DNA from: Chara braunii | Taxonomy: Eukaryota; Plantae; Charophyceae | Direction: 5' to 3' | Assembly (NCBI GenBank): GCA_003427395.1 | Contig: BFEA01000002.1 | Span: 3,260,040-3,318,095, forward strand | Length of the DNA stretch: 58,056 nt | In this document: positions 49,905-58,056 of the stretch, piece by piece | Layout of the letters: each line of letters opens with the position of its first letter | Numbering within the stretch: the first letter of the stretch is position 1 | Notes under the pieces: model-generated | What the model was told of the DNA's origin: nothing | What the model saw: only the letters and a program-made list of their open reading frames with translations | Database searches by the model: none | Position numbers and translations under genes: made by a program

Positions 49905-50862
49905 GGATGTCCCCATAAGTTTTGGGAGACCGTGTGCTTTGTTTATTTTGGTTTGCATGGAGCGTCAGACCCTTCTATAAGTTCAGGGGGTCTGATTGCT
50001 TTGGAGGCTTGGATGTCCCCATAAGTTTGGGGAGACCCAGTGCTATGGNTTGCATGGAGGGTCAGGTTGTTCTGTAAGTTCAGGTGACCTGACTGCTCTG
50101 ACTTGTGAAGGGTCTGATTGTGCCTGAATTTCAGGGACTCGGGGCATTCAATAAGTTTTGGTGCCTTAAGTTGCCTTGTTTTCACTGGGGTCTTATCTGT
50201 TTCTTTGGTTTATGAACGAGGAGGTCTGAGCTGTTCTATAAGTTTAGGTGGCTCGGCCTCTTCCTGCTTTTTATTCTGAAGAAGTAATTTTGGCAAAGGG
50301 CAGACCCTTCTGTAAGTTCAGGGGATCTGACTCGATGCCACACACATGATGAATCAGAGAGAAATGAAATTGGTAGAGAGTTGGACCCTTCTGTAAGTTT
50401 AGGGGGTCTGGCTCAAAGCCTCGCACATATTGGAACCCAATGGTTATAATTTGGCTATACTTTACTATTATTTTATTTGAGAACGAGCTAATCAGACTGC
50501 TCTATAAGTTTAGGTGGTCTGACTATAGTCGTATCACAACTTGAAGAGAGTATAACTAAGAATAAAACTGGTGGTAAGCCGGGCCAGACTGGACTTAAGT
50601 TAGTTCAGTCATATGCAGCCTTAGAAGACAAAGGTGAAGACAAGTATATATAACTTGGATATCTTAAACCGTTCAGGGTGACTAGAATGGTCTAGTCGTG
50701 CACCCAAAGAAGAGAAAAGTAGTTGTGTCGTCTGTTCATGTATATTCACTGGCAAGTTAGGTTCATTCCATAAGTGGGTGTCCCGACTCTATGCCTGGCT
50801 AAGTAAGGTGCATTCCATAAGTTTGGGTAGCCTGACCTTATGCCTTATGTAAGTTGGGTGTA
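49905..50862 (+). repeat. Array of about 13 stem-loops with a conserved TAAGTT loop
   Basis: Examples: TCAGACCCTTCTATAAGTTCAGGGGGTCTGA, GTCAGGTTGTTCTGTAAGTTCAGGTGACCTGAC, CTGAGCTGTTCTATAAGTTTAGGTGGCTCGG. Confidence 0.75.
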
Positions 50863-51129
50863 AGGAGGTAAAGCATTGAAAGATCATGAACTATTGTTTG
50901 TTCAGGTATATCTTGGGATAGTGAGAGTACTTACCTTTGTGGTTTGGCCTGCATGTGACTGAGTGAGGTTACTACTTAGTCTGAGTTTCAGATTGATAGG
51001 TAGTTGCTTTAGTTGTTCGCCACGTGCTAGAGCCATAAGAGTTAGTATCAATTCCTGCATTTTCTGTACTAACTTTTTTTTACTTAGGTCAATTCTTGCA
51101 TTTTCTGGGATTTTTTCTTATACTTGGCT

Positions 51130-51700
51130 TTGTATAAATCTTGACAAGCTACTTTCTTTACGGGAAGCGCTGACGAAATTTCTACAAATTTAAGGAGTTA
51201 GTCGAATTTTGACTTGGCAAAAGTTCAACTTTGTCTTTTCTTATATCTGAGTTAGTAAAAATCTGGAAAGTCTCATTTTCTAAAGGGAGTGATGCCCAAA
51301 ATTTTGCTAATTCAGGGAGTTAGACAAAACTTGGACTTTGAGAAGTCAAACTTACTTTCAAATCCTGGACTTAGCCTTGTATAAATTTTGGAATAATACT
51401 TTTCTAGAGGGAGTGCTGCCGAAATTTCTACCAAAGTAAGAAGTTAGTTAAATCTTGTCTAAAATTGAACTCAAGTTGTCTTTGAAGTTCATATCTGACT
51501 TAGTATAAATCTGGGAAGCCTCCCGTTCTAAAAGGAGTGTTGCCCACATTTTTACTAATTCAGGGAGTTAGACAAAATTTGACTTTCCAGAATTGAAGTT
51601 TATTTCTGCTTTCATATTTGGACTTATATAAATTCTGGAAAGACAGTTTTCTTACGGAAAACGCTGCCGAAATTTTCTTAGTTTAAAGGAGATTGATTAT
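51130..51700. repeat. ~123-bp degenerate tandem repeat, about 4.6 copies
   Basis: Units begin TA(T/A)AAAT at ~51133, 51256, 51379, 51504 and 51627 and share GGAGTG..GCC and GGAGTTAG. Confidence 0.8.
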
Positions 51701-54700
51701 ATTTTGATAGGTGATGATTTTGATAGTCCACTCTTAATGGGGGAGATTTTGCTGTATTGCTTAGAGGTAGACTCAAACATAGATAACTAGGATGATTGGG
51801 GTAAGATCACGATATGGAGATTGTTCTCCATGAACTTATAGGTTCAGCCTGGGGCGTTGACCTGTCATGTGTTACAGACCCTCTTGATCGTTGATTAAAG
51901 ATCCGGACTAGATTCAGTTTGATCCTTTGAGGGTCATCATCTGTTATCGTTGATAACAGGTCGGTTGCCGATTCGTCGGTTTACGACTCAATTCCAACTC
52001 ACCCTCCACACTCAACCTAGAAAGCTATAGCCCTGGTATTTGTTTCGTTAAGGTTTCACCCGAACTTTTATTGAATGGTCATTTAACAAAGGCACTGAGT
52101 ATTTAATTAAGGTTGGTTGGACAGGAGGTTGGGGCTTGCATGGCTAAAGCGAGGGGTATGAGTGCAGAGATTGGTTGGGGTTAACTCCGTGTAGCGCGTG
52201 GACTGTTGCTTGACTTTTTGATGTGATTGCAAGTATGTGTCGTGGCTTAGATCCTGGATTTGACTGCCTGCGATCACATATATACGTATGGTTGTGAGGA
52301 GCCTCACTTAGACTGTGAGAAGTGATCGTCACATACTTACCCCTTTATATATGTATACATGGGTGTACTTGGGATGAATGTCTGCATGGGCTAAGGGGCC
52401 CCGTACCAAAGACCTACTAAGAGGTGAAGATTGAGAGACATAGGGAAGATCTTTCCTTTTATTTGTTTTGCTTCTTGGGAGTTTTCCTAGTCGGACGTTG
52501 GTCCTGGACCGGGATTCAAGGTCCTTGTCCAGGACATCCCAAACCCTAGGCTCTGCAGGGGAGGAATTTTTCCCTCGCGCAGAGCCTATTTACATTGCCC
52601 GTCGAGGCACCCCACCTTGAAGGCGGAAATACCGCGAGGGCCGAACGACATGTCCTTCAGCCGTTCAATATTGTGCGGGGCAGCCCCTTACGATATATTC
52701 CTTCAACCATTCAATACCGCGAGGCCGGAACCGCGATTACCACGTACGGTTGACATCGTTGGTTGGTATGAAACTGGCCTGCAGCTGCGCGACCTTATAT
52801 TAGAATCCCGCGCACGACGTTCCGCCGCTCTAGTGTTTAAAAGTTATGAGATCAAAAGGGACCCGTACGTATGCGCGAACGCTTGGGATTACTATAGGCC
52901 GCTGACACCACCCGAAAGGGGAAGGGTACCCCAAGGTTTTGTTTTCTTTTGGGATAAAGAGGATCTTCGGTCTATTCGTGTTTTTTAAGATTTATAGTTG
53001 GACATTGTAGTGTGTGGCAGCCGTCAAAGTCAAACCCCTTGACCTCTGCCCAGGTCTAGAGAGGGGTTCATCTCCGGGGCAGTAAGAAACGACTGCCACC
53101 ACAGGTATGGACCTGTGTACCACCCACTTTGCACAGAGTGCAAAGAGGGTGTGTGGTCTTCAACCGCGCTTAGACGGTTGTCCATCGTCGAGAGATAAAC
53201 CCTCAAGGCGCGTGTCAGCCGACACTTGAGTGTCGAATGCGACCCTTGAGATTAACGAGGACTGCATGAATATGGGTACTACATGGTACGCCATCATTGG
53301 GACTGCTTGCGTACGTTTACACTGCTAGTCGATATGAGTAAGCCCGGCGTCCGCGCGGTTTTGTACGAAGTCTTGCGTGCGACGCCTATCCGATTTTCGC
53401 ATCGGAAAGTTATGGGACGGCTACCGAGGGGCTAGGAGTGTTGTCGCGTTGTTTGTATTGTGTCATTTCGTATGTGTGCGTGTGTGTGTTTTATTTTTGT
53501 GTTTGTTGGAGTGGTGTGTGCGTGGTGTGTGGGATGCGTCCTAGCTGACCGACGACGGGCCGCGCTTGGGACCTCAACCCCCCTGGTTCGCGTGCGGGTC
53601 TGATAGAGGCGTATTACCGCGTGTACCCCGTATGCTACAGCGAACGAGAAACGCCCTCGGCTGGTCCACCTCTGCGATTGCAACTGATTAGCTTTCGTAC
53701 TGTGGACTGGTAGCTCGGCGGGGATACACCCACCGAAGAGAGGTGACAACTTCCGTAAGATGGAGGTAAGTCGTGCCTCACGTAGACCCTATCCTGTCGT
53801 AGGGGCTCGCGAGAGGTATGGTTGGCGCACTCGGCCGGAGCGGCTTGCGGAAGCTCCACATGTATATTTGTGACGAAGGATTTAAACCAACGCCTGTGTG
53901 ATGCGGCCGGGAGGGTCCCGCGCTGCCCTGGTGCAGTGCCGGACCGATGCGCTCGACACCGGAGGCAAAAGTTACTTCACGTGGACTAACTTCTTATTCA
54001 AAAGTAACCCCCGAAACCACATAGATTCGATTATTTTGTTTTCAGAATGGTGAACGCGTGTTTATCGCCATGTGGACTGAGCCAGCTGAACCATCAGGAC
54101 GTCAACTTCTTGAACCTCCCTGACTACGGCCCTCCCCGTACAACGAGGACAGGACGAGTGTTTGTGAGTGGGCCATGTGAGAAGTTGTCGCCAAGATAGG
54201 CGGTCCTTGTTACTCTCCTTGCGAGGCACAATGTTCAGGTTTTGTAAATGCTATTTTATTTTTTTTATTGTCGATACTCGCTTTCTCCCTTATTCTGTTT
54301 TATTCCCCTTCAACGAGTTGATTTTCATCCCATGGCCGACAGTTGTGCCCCATTGGCCTCGTACTTTGTGCAGCGATTGTCGCCGCACAGAGCGCTTTCA
54401 AGCCAGAGGATTCAACTATCGGACATGTGGCGAGGAGGAATATAAGCAAAAAGCAGTAAGACTGCGACCCTCTGATTCGGATTCATAACTCTGTAACGAA
54501 CGATGCCACACATCGAAGTTCAAAGGTACTTCTTGGACTAGGTGACCTTTGAGAAAGGGCCCGCTTCCCTAGCCTCTCCGCCTATTGTTCATCGTTCCAT
54601 ATCTGGAACCACACGAGAGATTTCAGTTATGTTTTTGTCTCCACACTCAATTTTCCAAAATCCTTCGCACACCCCATTTCGCCGCTTTTCTGGGGCCCTT

Positions 54701-56833
54701 TTTATGCTTTAGTCACTCCGACAAGGAAAATGGAACAGGGTGTGAGGTTCCTGAGCATCACAGGTGTATCTTTTGTTGTACTAGAGGAAAATTCGTTCAT
54801 CGTGGCGCTCAGTGGAGTCGAGGCTCCGAGGCTCGTCGGACCTGCCAGCAGAGCTCGAGGTAGCGCCGAAATAAAATATTGATCGCTCCCCAGAGGCTGC
54901 CTAAAAAAATGACACCTTCATCCGAAGAAAGAAAACTGGGCGTCGTCCCCACAAACAGCAATACGACTTTTCAAACGGACCGCGACTCCTCCGAGCCCCG
55001 ATGACTCCCACGACCGTTGCACCGACCGGTCAGTCTCGTGACAATGACCAGACCCCTTCACAGCACCCCTCCACCCCCTCTAAACCACACCCCGTTTGTG
55101 GTCGTCGACATTTCCTCCTAACTGTGAATTATCTTTTTTTTTTTTTTTCTTTTTTTTTTTTGGGAAGCTGCGAATCTAGCTCCCCGCCCCCTCTTAGGGG
55201 TGGACCCCACTGGCCGGTGGCTGGAGACTAGTGTTGACGATAAAAGACGGTCGACCGTGGTTGAAAAAACTTTACGCATTTTGAAGGGACCCCACCGCAG
55301 ACCGATAGTTTCGACACTGGAAAAGGCATAGCATACTCGAATAGGAAAACGCTGAAGGGTGTTTCCTGAAAAGTCAAGTCGGCGGGTGCTGTGGACCGTG
55401 GCCTGGTAACGCACTGCTCCAGGACAAGTCCGTGTGTGGCCGTGCGCGACCTGGTGTGGCGGGTTCCGCACAAGTGCCGTGCGTTGCTGTGTGGCCCGAG
55501 CGGGTCCGCTCAGGTAATGGGAAATTACCGTTGGGGGCGTGGGTGGATGTCCCTCCGTGCCGTTGGTGGGAGGTGTCGTTTGAACCATTGGTAGCCGGAG
55601 TGCACTGAGCACAAGAGCACTGACGGGGAGCCATCGCCAGGGAGAGGACGGTTTGGTGAGTCACAAAGGTTAGTGAAGGTTGTGCGGTCGACAGGGCCAA
55701 AACAGGCGGTGTACAAGGGTTGACAACGTCGCGGTCACGTTAACGGAATCGCCATGGATCCATCGGACATGGCCGCTTCGGAGGAGGAGTGGGAGGACCT
55801 CATGAAGGTCACGGCTGCATGGCTGGCCGTCGTCCGAACCCCGCAAAAAATTCGAATTTCAAACGGTCCACCACGACGTTCATGAATTCGGGGGACCATG
55901 GACTCCACAGACTGGCGGGCCCTTGGGAATACCATGCGACACCACGGGAAAACACGAATGTCCGCCACGGCCTCCGGGTACACAGAACGACCCACGGCGA
56001 GGATGCATGGTCCACGCCGTGAAGCCCGTGTCTGGATGGACATGCCCCCCCCCCCTGCTCAACTGGCGGCCTCCTTGGAAAAGGTCTGGAAACCGGTCGG
56101 CGTCGAATTTCCGGACCGCGGACCATGTAGAAACGCCCGTCACCATTTCCGCAACCTCTTTCCAAGCACAATGGGGTCTAGAATTCCTTTCCGGGCCAGC
56201 TTTCCACACCCGTTTCCAGACCCAATGGGGTCTGGAAAACACCCGGGCGCCAAAACTTTTCCAGGCCGCTGGCCAGTGGGGTCCACACCTTAAGAGACTC
56301 GCCACACAGGCTGTCCAAAACCACGTTTTGGACAATTTTGCCTCGCCACACAGACTTTCGAAGAATTGCGGCTCAAAAAAAATTCGACAGGTGTCAGAAT
56401 GCTACGCTCGACACCATCCCCCCATTTGTTTCCTCCCGTTTGCAGGGGCCAGAAACTCGAAAGTGCCCGACCTGCCTTTCCAGAATTGCGTTCGAATTTG
56501 CATTATCAGGGACTGTTCCGTGACGCCCGTGCCCTGTTGAAAGTCGAAAGGCGGATTCCATTTGGCCATGACCCAAAAAAAAAAGCCTTGGCCCTCTACA
56601 GCCTGTGTGGCGAAAGGGGGTAAACTGTCGACCGCTGACTTTCGAAAATGTTTTCTGACAGCTGTCGAATCTCGAAGAGTTTCGACAGCCTGTGGGCCTC
56701 GCCACTCCACTCTCGAAATGTGAAAAAGACAAAATAATGTGGAGGGCGCATCTGGCCATGTTCTAGCAGGAAGTTCATTCTCATTTTGCACGTTTCGAGA
56801 GTGGTGCGGCGACGCCCTGTGTGGCGAGCCTCA

Positions 56834-56945
56834 AGGCCCTGGTTGCACTACTCGCCATCCGCCAAGATTTCGAATGCATCTGGACCAAACGATTTCCACA
56901 TGCAATCAAAACGTTGGCGGATGGCGAGTAGTGCGTCGAGGCCCT
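56834..56945. mobile_element. Fold-back element, Tourist/PIF-like MITE candidate
   Basis: Perfect 21-bp inverted repeat GCACTACTCGCCATCCGCCAA (56845-56865 and 56914-56934), further inner pairing, and ..GGCCC|TTA at the right end. Confidence 0.55.
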
Positions 56946-57510
56946 TAGGCCTTTTTTCCTTGAAATGAGCCGCGGCTGGTCGCCCCCCAACTGCACGATC
57001 GAGCCCCCCCGCCAAGCCCACCGCGCTGTTGCCATTTGCCAACAGTTTGCCAACAGGTTGGGATTTCCTGCCCAGCAAGTCCCCTGGGCTGGGTCCGTGG
57101 CGTCCAGAGCGAAAACCCCTAAACCCTCGGGGTTGGTGACATCTCGGGGGCCCGCGCTGCCGCCAGGCCCTGTGCAAGCTTTGCAAGCTTTCTTTTGCCC
57201 ACGGAAAACAGTCCCAAGTGACAGGGCGCCGATTCGATTCTGGGCTCTTCGATCTTCGGGATCGACGTTCCAGAATCGGGCACGTTTTCCAAGTAGTCCA
57301 CGCGCTATTTGTTTGCCTGGTGCCCTTGCGAATACAAATGCCCACTCTGCGCGGGCGGTTTGTCGACGACTGAACTCCCTGCTCTTCCGTCAAAGCACGC
57401 CGCGGCCGTTTTCCCGACGCTTGTTGCGGCCGCCCCTTGCCGCCGGTGGCTGCCGCCACTGCTGCCATCACTGGTCTCAGGTAAGTCGTCAACTTCTTCC
57501 TCTTCGTGCA

Positions 57511-57588
57511 CGTGTGTGCGTGTGCGTGTGTGTGTGTGAGAATGAGAGAGTGAGAGTGAGACAGAGAGAGTGAGAGAGAGAGAGACAG

Positions 57589-57664
<76 letters not shown>

Positions 57665-57863
57665 GTGACCTCGTCCAACCTTGCGCGAGGGTCGCACGCC
57701 TCCTCCTCCTCCTCCGCTTCTTTCTTCTTCTTCGTTTTCTTCTTCTTCTTCTTCCTCTTCTTCTATTGTCACCATTCTTCTTCTTCTTCTTCTCCTCCTC
57801 CTCCTTCAATCTCTCCAAACGCATGAAATCGAGGTGCCAAAAAAGAATATGCAAGAGTGGGGG

Positions 57864-57927
<64 letters not shown>

Positions 57928-57970
57928 GAGCGAGCGAGCGAGCGAGCGAGAGAAAGAGAGAGGACGAGCG

Positions 57971-58056
<86 letters not shown>
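57511..58056. repeat. Compound microsatellites (TG, AG, CTT, GAGC)
   Basis: Directly visible simple repeats with short unique interruptions. Confidence 0.9.

Larger units (their letters stand above)
47246..53283 (+). mobile_element. Copy B of the long structure-rich element, possibly a very long LTR
   Basis: Starts at the palindrome TGCGAATACCCTTACAAGGGTACTCGCA and is homologous to copy A. A candidate end GGGTACTACA|TGGT at 53283 is an imperfect inverted match to the start. No pol detected; right boundary tentative. Confidence 0.45.

Noticed and set aside
53030-53085. Telomerase-RNA-like template plus pseudoknot
   Set aside because: CAAACCCCT is not a plant telomere template (CTAAACCCT), it is itself base-paired, and no Pol III promoter or terminator context is evident.

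Overview
Repeat-dense eukaryotic nuclear DNA from a draft assembly with three N-gaps, many AG/CA/TA microsatellites and one assembled Nextera mate-pair junction adapter. I can support no intact host gene. A plastid petB insert, a plant/algal-type U6 and the style of the Gypsy gag point to a streptophyte, most plausibly a Characeae alga; this is inference. Recognisable parts are: a decayed chromodomain-bearing Ty3/Gypsy element (2669-11983, minus strand); a decayed PIF/Harbinger transposase; several MITEs (TTAA-flanked, TA-flanked and MULE-like); a petB fragment; a group II intron maturase fragment; and a U6-like sequence downstream of a tRNA-like Pol III promoter. Two diverged copies of a long, structure-rich element lie head to head around 44-47 kb. 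The most interesting signal is a ~350-390 bp repeat family carrying decayed type III hammerhead ribozymes. Both organelle-derived inserts I could recognise sit inside or between copies of this family, in the same orientation as the ribozyme. All alignments and folds were done by eye.
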